Shown here piece by piece: positions 1 through 12,429 of a DNA stretch of 64,000 nucleotides. The stretch spans positions 67,831,548 through 67,895,547 of the forward strand of contig NC_092384.1 in NCBI RefSeq assembly GCF_030028105.1, written 5' to 3'. The notes under the pieces are model-generated. The model was not told the DNA's origin. It made no database searches and saw only the letters and a list, made by a program, of their open reading frames with translations. Origin of the DNA: Mobula birostris (Eukaryota). Made by a program: the position numbers and the translations under genes. Position 1 is the first letter of the stretch. The number at the start of each line of letters is the position of its first letter.

Positions 1-489
1 CCATATGGTTCACAAAGCACATTCCAGCTAGTAACCTCAAAGCAGCCCTTGAAGGCTTCGATGGCCTCTAGGGAGCATTTTCAGACTGTCAACATTTCTG
101 GCCGAGACTTGAAGGGTCTCAGTATTAGAAGTATTAAAATTAGTAGAATTAGAACATAGAATACTGCAGCACCGTATAGGCCCATCAGTCTGCAAGTCTG
201 TGCCATGATCAATCTAACACTTCCCTCCTGCATAGCCTTCAATTTTTTCTTATATCTATGCTCCTGCCTAAGAGTCTGTTAAATGCCTCTGATATATCTG
301 CTTCTATCACCACCCTTGGCAGTGTGTTCCACACATTTCCCCATTCTTTCCTCCAGTCACCTTAGAGTGATGTCCTCTCAGGTTAGCCATTTCCACCCTG
401 AGAAAAGGATGTTGGTTGTCCACTCTATCAAATCATCTCTCTTTCTCCTTTACTCTAAAGATGATGGAGGATGAGGGTGAATATGTACT

Positions 490-1135
490 TTATGAAAGAC
501 AAATTATATTTGACAAATCTGTTGCATTTTACTAGCTGAGTATATAAGGGCAAAACATTTGGACATTCAGAAGGTCTTTAATAAAGTACCATGCCAAAGG
601 TTATGAAACAACATTAAAGCACATGGCACGGGGGATTATCAACTATTTTGGGCTGAGAATTTCTAATGATGGATCATTTTCAGTTTGGGAGCCCAGTGGG
701 GTGTCAAAGGTTATAGGGCTGAGATTGTTCTGTATCAGTAATTAGGATGAAGAAATCAAGTAGAATATAAACAAGTTTAGTAATGATGTAGTGTTAGTGT
801 GCCCAGTGAAAAGGAGGCAGAGTGGCTTCAAGAGGATATGGTCAGGCTAAGTGAAAGTGCCAAGACATGTCAAGTGCATTATATTATGGAGAAGTATAGA
901 GTCATACTTTGATAGGAAAAAATAGGAATACAGTGTGTTTTAAAATGGTGAGAGATTGAAATGTGTTGACATTCACAGGGATCTAAGTGTCCATGTTCAG
1001 AAATGACTGAAGCTTAATGTGGTTCAACAAGTAATTAGGAAGACAAATGATAGGTGGGCCTTTATCGTAAGGGTACTTGAATGCAAGAGTAGAGTTAACT
1101 TGTTCTAGTCATATAGTTGTTGGTGAGACTGCATC
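490..1135 (+). mobile_element. Old, degenerate CR1 RT fragment
   Basis: Decayed equivalents of CLTNLL, DIQKVFNKVPCQRL, NKFSND and LVRLHL, in CR1 order. Confidence 0.7.
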
Positions 1136-1176
1136 TGTTCAACATTCCAAACTAAATTTATTATCGAAGTACATAT

Positions 1177-1550
1177 AGAGTCTTAGAAAAGTACAGCACA
1201 GAAATGGAGCCTTCATCCCATTTGGTCTGTGCCCAGCCTACTCCCATCGTTCTGCATCAGGACCATAGCCCCCATAGCCCTCCATACCTCTTATCATCAT
1301 GTACCTGTCCAGACTTCTCTTAAATGTTGAAATTGAGTTTGCATGCCCCACTTATAGCGGCAGCTCATTCCATGTTCTCACGACCCTGTGAAGACGTTTC
1401 CCCTCATTTTCCCCTTAAATTTTTCACCTTTCACCCTTAACCCATGATCTCTAGATGTAGTCTTATCCAACCTTAGTGGGAAAAGCCTGCTTGTATTTAC
1501 CCTATGTACACTACTGATAATTTTGTATACCTCTATCAAATCTCCTCTCC
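1177..1550 (-). mobile_element. CR1 3' fragment inserted in a Rex-like 3'UTR remnant (~1143-1830)
   Basis: GGCAGCTCATTCC...TTTTCACCTTTCACCCTTAACCCATGA...ATAATTTTGTATACCTCTATCAAATCTCC. Confidence 0.75.
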
Positions 1551-2117
1551 TATACTATCCTGAGAGTCATTTTCTTATGAGCATTCTTTGTAAATACAAA
1601 GAAACATGATGGAATCAATGAAATACCACACACATACAAAGATGGACAAACAAGCATTGTGCTAAAGGCAAGGGTTGTACAAATACAAAAGGAAAAAGTA
1701 AATAATAATAATAATATATAAATAAAATCATAAAAATTTACTGAGAACATGAGTCCTTGAAAGTGAGTCTGTTATGTTATGGAATCAATTCAGTGGAGTA
1801 TGGTGTCTAGGTCTGTTTATAGATTTTGGCAATCAAGAGGATAGTGGAAACACATTCGGGAGTGTTCAAATGAGAATTGGATAAGTGCTTGTGAGTGCAG
1901 GTAGAGAACAAAGGAAATAGATGCAAGTAAATGGCTAATACAAGTTCTGACTAAGACTGAGTGGGTCAAATAATCCAGTCTCTGCTGTACTATGATTCTA
2001 ATTTTTTTCTGCAATTCATAAACATAAGACATTGTGCAGATGTTGGAAATCCAAGCAACAAATACAAAATGCTGGAGGAACTCAGCAGGTCCTTATGCAA
2101 TTATTTGAAGGTCTTTT

Positions 2118-2515
2118 TTCAAAGTTTGAAGTATACTTATTATCAAAGAATGTGTACAATATATAATCTTGAGATGTGGCTCCTTACAGGCAGCCACAAA
2201 ACAAAGAAACCCAGAAGAGCTCATTATAAAAAAGACCGTCAAGCACCCAATGTGCAGTGAGAAAAAAAGCAGATCGTGGAAACACTAAAAGTAAGCAAAG
2301 AGCATTCAGGACTGAAGTTCTACGAAAGACTCGAAGCCAGGCGTCACTGCAGCCAGAGCAGGCCACAGAACCAAGTAAACATCACTGAGCAGTGAGCAGA
2401 ACCAGGCAGAACTGGTCTGTTTCTCACCTCCAGTCCTGACATCCTCTCCTTTTCACCCTAATCCGATGCTTAAATTGTCCAAACATCGGGTTGTTCTTCA
2501 CTCTCGGACCACTTT
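2118..2515 (-). mobile_element. Non-coding retroelement with Rex-like tail (family shared with 50990-51470)
   Basis: Both copies share TTAAATTGTCCAAACATCGGGT, GAGCAGTGAGCAGA and CTTGAGAT...CTTACA..CA.CCACAAA blocks. Confidence 0.6.
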
Positions 2516-3622
2516 GGGGCCTGTTCCTCATCACCATTATTCAGCCTGTACCTGACCTCTTTCGTTTTGTGTTAATGCTGTATGTGTTGTACACTTTGAA
2601 CGAGCTTTCGCTTGGGTTCTTACTATCCGAATCCTTTGTTGCCTCATTGCCTGAGGTTTTGCCTTCATTGGTACTCAGGCCCCTGAAATCTACCACCTGC
2701 AATAATACAAATGCAGCGGCGTTCTCTAACTTGTTGGTGAACTTTCCAATCTGCCTAATATTTGACATATAGTGCAGTTCTGATCATTTTACAGATGAGT
2801 ATGTTTATTTTTACTGCTATTTTCCTTCATGGAATACATCCAACAGTGCCCCTTCAGATCAGATGAATCCTTCGGAATATTGTTTTAATAACTGCAATTT
2901 ACTTATTAAAATAACATTTCTTGCATGACCCCTGTCAGTATAACTGTTTAACAGGTTCGCCCCATATGGAAGTCTAGTTTATACAGAGCTTTCTGTCTGT
3001 AAACCACTGTTAAATCCCACTATGCTGGCCCGTGTGTATCTTGGCTCAGTTTTGCAGTCTCTCCTTTGTATTCCTCAATATCAGCTAATCAGAACATAGC
3101 TGTAGGTCTTTTCAGAGAAAGTAGAAGAACGTTCTTAGATTATACCCCTTGACACTAAATTTACTGGGGCGTGCTAAACGTGCTCTTGTAGGTTTCTGGA
3201 CTTGATTTTGTGTTGGCACCAGCACCAACGGCGGTTAGTAGTGTGTTCATAATGTTTTTGTGTTATATTGCTGGTATATTTCTGTAGCTAGTTAATGTAT
3301 TTCATGTGCAATGTTTGGAGAGGCTGATGTCTCTGGAAGTCGGAAAAAGCCTCAGTGATGAACTCTCGTCCAGCATTAGGAAAGAAAATAATTAATAAAG
3401 CTTCTTGCCATTCTGTCAGAAATATCTGAATGCACTTAGCACATAATAAATTGCACTTCTTTTCCTGATAGTGCAACCTGTTGCTGTAGAGGCAAATATA
3501 GCAAGAATTCTGCATGTCAACAGTGAAAGACAAATTAGTTTGTTTCTGATGTGCTGTTGCGATGGTCAGGACAGAAGATGTCCTCTGCACGCCTCCATGT
3601 CATCCAGTGCAGTCTTTTCTGT

Positions 3623-3995
3623 CAGAATCAGAATCAGGTTTAATGTCACCAGCATATATCATGAAATGTGTTGTCTTTGCGGCAGCAGTACATAATAATA
3701 GAAATAAAAAAAATAGTGAGGTACTGTTCATGGGTTCAATGTCCATTCAGAAGACAGGTGGCAGAGGGGAAGAAATTGTTTCTGAATCGTTGAGTGTGTG
3801 TGCCTTCAGGTTTCTGTAACCCTCTTCTTGATGGTATCAGTGAGACTAAGGCATGTCCTGGGTGATGGGGGTCCTTAATGATGGACGTTGCCTTTTTAAG
3901 GCATTGCTTCTTGAAGTTGTCTTGGATACTACGGAGACTAGAGCCCATGATGGAGCTGACTAATTTTACAACTGTCTGGAGCTTTGTTCTGTCCA
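3623..3995 (-). mobile_element. Rex1/Babar-type LINE 3' fragment
   Basis: Minus frame ...KKATSIIKDPHHPGHALVSLIPSRR...RFRNNFFPSATCLLN; (TTCTGA)n tail. Confidence 0.8.
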
Positions 3996-6326
3996 TCGGG
4001 ATGTTAGGGTGAATTCCATTTATGGAGAATGGCTTGTGTGTGACTTTGTTTAAAGCAGGCAAGTTGACACAGTCCTTAACAGATCAGGGTCAGGGCCCTG
4101 TCGCATGAAATGCAAGATGACTGGGGACGCTTCACTGCTGCAGCCTTCAAAGCTCTTATGTAGAGTCATCTTCTTCTGCCTGCTCCATCGCTGAGGTCTT
4201 GGTTAGATCACTCTTTGCCCGGAACATCCCCCTTATCTTTACTGTCAACGAGGTGCAAACACTAGGAGCACTGGTACAGATTGATTGAAGTTGTATGGAG
4301 ATATGAGAGGGTACGGCTGTTGGAATCTGGACGTCGTGGCTTCGTAGCCTCCTGCTGGCATCTGAGGAAGCCAAGTGAATAGCTTCAGGTCTTCAACTGC
4401 ATCCAGTTTAGGGCAAGAGTTTGCAAAAACTGCTTGCACTTTGCCACATTTGGACAGGGATATTGACTGGGAAGGCTCAGAAGGATTTGGGCCAAACCGG
4501 GGCAAAAGGCATTGGATGAGATGGACATCATGTCGAGCACAGATGAATTGAGCCAAAGGGTCTGTTTCTGCTTTGTATTGCTGTATGACTCTTTGACACT
4601 TTTGTGCAAGTGTGTGTCCGATTTGTTTAATAAAAAGATTCTCATAATCACAATACTGGTGGAAGCTGAGAAGTTAAGTGTCAGCCCTTTGACCAAACTT
4701 TGATTGGTCACTGTTGTCTCAGAGCAGGATTTGCACCTACATCTGTGAAACTAATTATGAAAGTTGGAATACTCATGACCAGAAAAGTTCTCAGGACATG
4801 AGACTGTATCTAACACTGAATCTGATGCACAAAAAAACAGACTGGTTCAGGAACTATATAAGACAGCTACACGACCTTCTTCGCTACTTCTTGTGATACC
4901 TCTGACAATAACAAGTTTCCTACTTGTACCAACCTAAATTGATGCTGGTAACATGATTCCTAAACCTTTTGACCAACTGAGTCAAATTGTGGAACCGTGC
5001 AATTCTAGCAGGAAAGCAAAAGACATTTTATAGAACAGTTTTCTCTATAACCAGAAATAACTGTGATAATTTTATCTAAAACTGTTCAGAATAACAACAC
5101 ACAACATAGGGCCATCATTAAGGAGAGTTTTATTGACGGCTAATGTATCATATTTTTAAAGTTCTACAGGCGATACCTGCGTATTGTAAAGAAGTATTTT
5201 ATTTTTATCCTCGTTTTCTCCAGAGTAGTGCAACCACAGACTTTCATTTGTGTCACTAATGGGAGAGTTAAGTTGCAGTGTTCAATGCAGCTAGCATTGT
5301 GGACAATAATATTAAAGCATGAAAAGAGAGAAGGTCAGCTGGCTCATTTCCTCCCCGAAGTTGTTTGGGCTTTTTTTGGAACAAGCTGCTTGAATAGCTT
5401 TGACATCCTGATAATACTCATGTTCTCTCTTCACAATTCATGTTATCAATGTTCTGTTTATTTATTTGCACAATTTGTCTTCTTTTGCACAAGGTTATTT
5501 GTCAGTCTTCGGAAATTTGTATTTCTTTATCTTCATGGAAATGCTTGCAATAAAGTGAATCTCAAGGTAGTGGCAACATATATGTACGTACGTTGATAAT
5601 AAATTGTACTTTGACTGTGACTTTTATATCAAATCATCAGCCTCTGGGGTATATATGAGTGAATCAGTTAATAGAGCATTGATCCTTTGCCCATTTAAAT
5701 AATTTCTCTTGTAGTGAAAGTGTGAAATGAGTCGTTTTGCATCTGGTGAATTAGACTCACTCAAGCTAACTTAAGCATTTGGATGTAATATTAACTATCA
5801 AAATGCATTGTTCTTCAATAGTAACTTCCGCTTAATGTGTGATATTCAATCTACACCATTCACAAATCCATCTGTAACCATCACCAGCACCCTATCAACC
5901 ACGCGTATATTTGATCTACAAAGTTCTATATTTTTAAATCTTAATATTTTCACACCAATACATCTTCATAAAGGAAAGATTAAGGACAGTTGCATGGTCT
6001 AGTTTTGCAAGCAGCATATGGTGCAATATTGTCATAGAAATCAGGTAGATTTTACGCAAAGCTTATATCAAAGGGATGGATAATCTTTGATCAGTACTCT
6101 GCCAAAATAACCCAGTTATATTTTCCTACTAATGCATTTTCACAAATCTTAGCATAGTATTATTTTCCTTTGTTCCTCTTTCTTTGTCTCTTGTCCTTTA
6201 GTCAGACTAAGAAGGTGGTTTTCTCTTGACTGCTATCCCAAATCACACCTACAACCAGAAAGCATGCCGGAGTGGGGACTACAAAGCCAAAATCTGTGGC
6301 CAGGTTCAGTTGTATTTTTGGACATA

Positions 6327-6857
6327 TGTTCAGTGGCCACTTTGTGAGGTACACCTGTACACCTTTTTGTTAATGCAAATATTTAATCAGCCAATCATGT
6401 AGTAGCAGCTCAATGCATGAAAACATGCAGACATGGTCAAGGGGTTCAGTTATTGTTCAGACCAAACTTCAGAATGGGGAAGAAATGTGATCGAAGTGAC
6501 TTTGACTGTGGAATGATTGTTGGTGCTAGACGGGGTGGTTTGAGAATCTCAGAAACTGCTGATCTCCCTGGGTTTTCATGCACAACAGTCTATACAGTTT
6601 GCAGAGAATGTTTTGGGAAAAACAAAAACATGCAGTGGGCGAAAGTGCTTTGTCAGTGAGGGGTCAGAGGAAAATGGCCAAATTAATTTAAGTTGATAGG
6701 AAGCTGAGAGTAACTTGAATAACCACATGTTACAACAGTGGTGTGCAGAAGAGCACCTCTGAATACACAGCAGTTTGAACCTTGAAGTGGATGGGCTACA
6801 GCAGCAGAAGACTGCACCAAGTTCCACTCCTGTACCTAACAAAATGGCCACTGAGTG
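6327..6857 (+). mobile_element. Non-autonomous Tc1-like DNA transposon (internal-deletion derivative)
   Basis: TIRs CAGTGGCCACTTT...GGTACA / TGTACC...AAATGGCCACTGAGTG; TA on both flanks; remnant N-terminal HTH of a Tc1 transposase (MGKKCDRSDFDCGMIVGARRGGLRISETAD). Confidence 0.9.
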
Positions 6858-6999
6858 TATGCTCATTTAAGAAAAAGTACCAAGTGCCTTACAACACTGA
6901 GGAGTGATGTTTTGGAGATCAACCTTATTTGTGTTATCTGATTGAAACAAGGTGCACTTCTTTCCTCTTCTGATAAATTATTTTGTCTATTTTCCCCAT

Positions 7000-7400
7000 A
7001 GTCCAACTGAGGTCAGCTTGGAAATTAAGGACAGGAAGGGGTCAGTGTTGCTTGACCTTATTGACCAGGCAGCACAGCAGCAGGAGCCCTTATGTGGGGA
7101 GAGGCCGCGTCTGTTGCAACAAGCCTGGTACACTTGGCTTGCGTTTCATCCCCTGCAGTAGCTCATCTTCGGCTTTCTTCCTGAGTCCTGTTCCTCCTGC
7201 TGATAAGAGCTCAGCAGAGGCTTAGAGCGGCAGCTGGGCTCAGCAGCTGCCTGGCTCCGGAAAGCTCGATTAGAGGGTGTGCTAACCTTGCAACAACCTG
7301 GTGACATCATCATTTTTCACCTCTTTTCTCTCTCCCTCGCTCTTCCTTCATTTGCCCTGCACTGCTTAGTGGGCACACCTCCACTGTCACTCTGTGAGGC
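7000..7400. promoter_or_regulatory. Candidate enhancer or alternative promoter
   Basis: Non-repeat, GC-elevated block. Nuclear-receptor half-sites at 7010, 7039, 7053 and 7062; GATA at 7201; paired CAGCTG E-boxes at 7231 and 7244; ATF/CRE-like TGACATCA at 7302. Confidence 0.35.
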
Positions 7401-7954
7401 TTGGAAAGGTGCACAGTAGGTAGACCGGACTGGATGATGAATGCCGAACACAGTCACATATTTTTAACCTATCATAACAATGCCTTTTCAGTCACTTTTT
7501 CAAGTTGGAACAAAATGACAAATGCAGTATCAGTATCCTGTACATTTTTTAAGAACGGTAATGCTGGATTACACTAACTGCCTGTCATGGAAACACCATT
7601 ATCCTAAATACGAATGTTCCTACTCTTCTACGACTGTATACTGAAATATGTTAACATCAGCAACCATTTTTAATGTGTGTGTGTGTGCATTATCTAGATA
7701 TATTTGTCAATGAAGGGAACCTAATTTGTGTTACCACTGCCAAAATACTAATTGGCCATGATGCTTTGTAATGCATTATAGTGCAAGGTGTTTCTCATTC
7801 ATTATGAAGTATGTGAATACAGCTCAAATACACTAAGAAACAATTGCGCACCGCACTCACTGCTGTTTTCTTTCTTTTCCCCCTAGCTTCTCCATCTCTT
7901 GTTTCCGTCTATGTTAAATTTAGAAGGTTACTTATTTTTCATGTTATTATCTTT

Positions 7955-8218
7955 TTACTATTGAGATACAGTGTGCAATAGAGCTTCCGGAACTTCGAGC
8001 TGCACCGCCCAGCAATCCCACGATTTAACCCTAGCCTAATCACAGGACAATTTACAATGACCAATTAACCTACTAACCAGCAGGTCTTTGGAGTGCTCGG
8101 AGGAAACCCACAGGAGCACGGGGAGAACGTACAAACTCCTTACAGACAGTGGTGGGGGTTGAGCCTGGGTCGCCTGTAATGTGAAGCATTGCACTGCCCA
8201 CTATGCCCTCATGCTATC
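7955..8218 (-). mobile_element. V-SINE (HE1-like)
   Basis: GGAGAACGTACAAACTCCTTACAGACAG and ACAATTTACAATGACCAATTAACCTAC signature; CR1-like tail. Confidence 0.8.
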
Positions 8219-8667
8219 CTGTCTGGAGATGCTTGAATCCAGCTGGCTTTGCCTGCAAAGGGAGGAATGATTTCAAGTATATTAACACATAATTGAATAA
8301 AGCAAAAGCCTATTAGAATAATCTTCCCATCAGCATCTAGAAATCACAGCAGAATCTTAAAATACAAAGTGATTTCACTAAAATCAAAATATTTCAATTG
8401 GAGTTAAATTATTCACATTGTGATTTCAATTTTTTTGAAGATTGCACACCTTTAATTGCTTGGGAGTAGGAATGGTCACGTTGTTCAATTTATTGATTCT
8501 AATTATTTCTCACTTGGAGAGATACTAATTACATGGAGGGGTGCAGCTTAAAGGGCTTTGGGCCGAATGCAGGAGACGGTGACTCGCTGAGTGAACACCA
8601 TTGTTAGCATGGACTGATTGGGCTGAAGGGCCTGTATCTGAGCTGCATTGCCCTCTCCAAGATTATT

Positions 8668-9235
8668 TACACCTGCAACAAACTGCATCGCTGTGCAATA
8701 CAGCAACTGCACTGCGGCAGACAGTAAGGCTCTACAACAAGTAGTCAAAACTGCCCAGTAAATCATCGGCACCAGCCTAACCCCCCCCCCCCGCCCCCAC
8801 CATCAAGGATATATATACAGAAAGGTTCTGGAGAAAGGCCTGTAACGCCATGAAGGATCCCACTCACCCTTGCTCATGGGCTGTTTCTCTCACTCCTGGC
8901 TATGCAGCATCCATGCCAGGACCACCAGACTCAAAAACAGTCACTTTCCACAAGCAGTAAGGCTGATCAACTCCACCACCCACTAACCCACCCTCCTTAC
9001 CCAACACCACCACTGCTTTATCATTTCCTGTCAGCCACCTTAGGTACTGTACAGTACATGCAATCAATCGATGTAATCAGCTATCTTACATATTTATATT
9101 TGTGGTTTTTTAGTATTATTGTTTTCTTTATCTTACTGTGCTTTTTCGTGCTGCATCGGATCTGGAGTAACAATTATTTTGTCGTACTTTGCACTTGTGT
9201 ACTGGAAATGACATTAAACAATCTTGAATCTTGAA
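8668..9235 (+). mobile_element. Rex1/Babar-type LINE 3' fragment
   Basis: NCTAADSKALQQVVKTAQ, MKDPTHP and TTRLKN-like remnants; (ATCTTGA)n tail. Confidence 0.78.
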
Positions 9236-10292
9236 AGTGCCTTGTTTTGAATGTATAAAGCCTTGTCATGGTAGAGATTCTTGACAGTGGCTGCCTCAGG
9301 AACGTGAGTACAGTGATCATGAACATATGAACAGATGTGGGTCAATCTGCCTCTTGAGTCTGTTTTTCAATTCATTTCGACCATTAATGACAAGTGTGGC
9401 GACATCCTCCACTTGCTCCGTACTCTTTGATGCTTCAGTCCTGTCAACATTTATTAACGTTAGACCTAAAATGATTAATTTACCCAGACTGTTTGAGATG
9501 GAAGACAGTCCCATTTTTCTATCAACTTTTGCATGTTGAAATGTTTTTCAAGTGAATGACTTGGCTTTAATTTGAGATTACATGCCCTTGTCCTAGACAC
9601 TGTCTCTCATCAATTGCTTTTGTCTACATCATTTCATTTTAAAAACCTCAACAACTTCAGTTTGCATTAATGGTAATCTATTGTCTGAGATGAAGGTATT
9701 TTTGTCACACTTTGACTGTAATTTGCTACAATTAATCCATTGGGTTAGGTAAGTGTCTCCTCCAGTTACTTGGGTATTTTCTTGATGTTACAGAGCTGAT
9801 CAGATTTTAACTTTATCATACATTACATTGTGATCAAGGCTGTCACTGGTACATTTGTATGCCAAAAATGAGTTTGGTGATTGCTAATGGAATTTGGATC
9901 TGCATTACTTTTTGAATAAAAGGGTTCATATTTAATTTTCCAGTATGCACAATCAGAATACATTATTTATATTTTTATCATGAAACTTGTATGTGATAGC
10001 TGTGATATTATTACAAGAACCATCTGACAAAACCAGTGTATTTTCAGCAGATACTTTAATAAGCATCTGTTCACGCTGTCTGTGCCGGAGGTGTAGTGGC
10101 ATCCACACCCAGACTTTGGGGCATGGAGTCCCGGATTTGAATCCAGCCAGCTCCTTGTACGAGTTTCACCCGTGCTAGGTTGAGCGTTGAGCTAGCAACT
10201 CGGTCTTGTGAAACAGACAAACGTTAAAGAAAATGCGAAGTGTGGCAAATGAGTCGCGGGAGGAACTTTCCTGTTCACAGTCAAAGTCTCAA

Positions 10293-10548
10293 CAACTTAG
10301 TGTAGTAGTTAGCGTAACACTATTACTGTGCCAGCAACCCAGATTTAGTTCTGCTACTACCTGTGAAGAGTTTGTACATTTTCCGCCTGACCATTTCAGG
10401 GTGCTTCGATGTTCTCCCACATCCCAAAGGTGTACAGGTTGGTAAGTTAATTGATCACGTGTGTATAATTGAGCTGCATGGGTTGATTGGGCCAGAAGGG
10501 CCTGTTATCATGTTGTATTAATAAATAAATAAATAAATACATACATAA
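10293..10548 (+). mobile_element. V-SINE (HE1-like) with (TAAA)n tail
   Basis: TAGTGTAGTAGTTAGCG head, CTGTGAAGAGTTTGTACATT, CR1-like tail GGGCCAGAAGGGCCTGTT, (TAAA)n. Confidence 0.75.
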
Positions 10549-11414
10549 ATTCTAGCCACATTTCTAGAAATTTCTGTTTTTACATCAGATTTCCAGCATC
10601 TGCAGTAGTTTTTTTTAAATATTCAAGATATCTCAGTGTTAATCTTGATGGAGAAGAATATATTTCTCCAAATATTCTTTCCAAAGTATTATTGATAAAT
10701 TTAAGATATTAATGACAGTCATTTGCTTATTGTTCTATTTGCCAGTTTATTTCACTGTATGGTTTCAACTCTAAATTAAAATCTAGCCTGATCTGCCATT
10801 AGAGAATTTAAATCAGTTTTTTCGCCATTAGACAGCAGGTGAGAGTACATGCAGAAACTCTACTTGCATGGGACACTTTCACAAGGCTAGTTTTATCAGA
10901 ATTTTTTCTCCTTAAAACAAAAAAATTAAATAGTTGAAGATATTAAGAAGCAGAGTTTAGCCAAGAAATTTTAGGCACTACTGTACTATCATTGCTTTAG
11001 TGTTAGAAGGTCTTGAGTATATTTTCCATTGACACAAAATGGAATGGGTAGAAAGCTGGCCAATCAAATTGGTAATATCGAGTCATTGCACAGCTCTACT
11101 ATGAAAAAAGCTTTGCACAGAAATGTAAGAGCAACCTACCCCAACTTCACCTCTCCCCTCCATTCCACCCCTCTGACCTCTCTACAATATGGTTTGTTGC
11201 TTTATTAACTGATTGCTTAATGAACTGTGATTGTTCATCTTCAATAGAAATTCAAGCCTTCCAGTTGTCTCAGTAAATAATATTTCATTCAGAATGGAAG
11301 AAAGAAATTTAAACCTATTCCAAGTGGCAGAGAAAGGTGAGAAGGCAGAGAAAACAAAGGAGAGGTCTGTATTAGCATGGATGACTGGAGAGACAGAATG
11401 ATACTAGTTGTCAC

Positions 11415-11637
11415 AAACACAAGAAAATCTGCAGATGCTGGAAACCCAACCAATGGACACAAAGTGCTGGAGGAGCTCAGTAGGGCATGCAGCATCTATG
11501 GAAAAGAGTAAACAGTTGATATTTTGGGTCGGGGTGCTTCGTCAGGATCCCGATGAAGGGTCTCGGCCCGAAACGTCAGCTCTTTACTCTTTTCCATTGA
11601 TGCTGCCTAGCCTGCCGAGTTCTTCCAGCATTGAGTG
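11415..11637. mobile_element. Fold-back PLE terminal-repeat derivative
   Basis: Two inverted copies of TGCTGGAGGAACTCAG...GCAGCATCTATGGAAAAGAGTAAA...; symmetry centre GGATCC 11545-11550; hammerhead-like CCGATGAAGGGTCTCGGCCCGAAACGTC on the + strand. Confidence 0.8.
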
Positions 11638-11784
11638 CCTGATACTAATCATGATGGAGTTAGTGGTCAGCAAATAACAGAAGTGGGGAAACAGGAAATT
11701 TGTAAAATTGGAATTTACCAGAAGAAAAAATTATGAATGCTGTGGGTATAAGTCGCAAACTGAGAGTGCCTGATTAAGTGGATA

Positions 11785-11975
11785 CAATAGGGTCTTTTAA
11801 GAGGTTCCTGGATAGGTACATGGAGCTTAGAAAAATAGAAGGCTATGGGTAACCCTAGGTAATTTCTAAACTAAGCACATGTGGTAATTTCTAAAATAAG
11901 CACATGTTCGGCACAGTATTGTGGACCAAAGGGCCTGTATTGTGCTGTAGGTTTTCTACGTTTCCATGTTTCTAC
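11785..11975 (+). mobile_element. CR1 3' end with a 25-bp tandem duplication
   Basis: TTTAAGAGG...GATAGGTACATGG...GGGCCTGTATTGTGCTGTA; unit GGTAATTTCTAAA(C/A)TAAGCACATGT twice (11858-11907). Confidence 0.75.
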
Positions 11976-12429
11976 GTAACTAAAATTATTGAATTTATTG
12001 TTGAGTCTACGCAATTGTACTGTGCTGTTGGATTTGGAGATGATATTGTCCAGAAGCTCCTTCAGAAGTCAAGAATGAGGTGTAATTCTTGTGGGTACAG
12101 CCGTTTTATTAGATGTTTGTATTGTAGGAAATAGCAGTAACTAACTCACTCAACTGTAAGTATGGAGGAAAGAGAGAGCAAAGAAAGACCGGAAGACAGA
12201 ATAAAAACCTTGACTCATGATTGATCTTCATACTGAAAACTAGCTCAAACGAGTCAGATAAGAAAATTCTTTTGATAAGTACAGCCGATGAGACAGTTTG
12301 ATTCATGCTGGCACAAGCTTAGAGACAAAGAAACTACAAAAAAAGGATAAAAGAGATGAAGATTAGCTTTATTTGTCACATGTACATCAAAACATACATT
12401 AAAATATGTCATTTTGCATCAAATTAATC

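Noticed and set aside
7146-7312. 54-codon minus-strand ORF (MMSPGCCKVSTPSNRAF...)
   Set aside because: Short, no homology recognised and no splice context; the regulatory interpretation is preferred.
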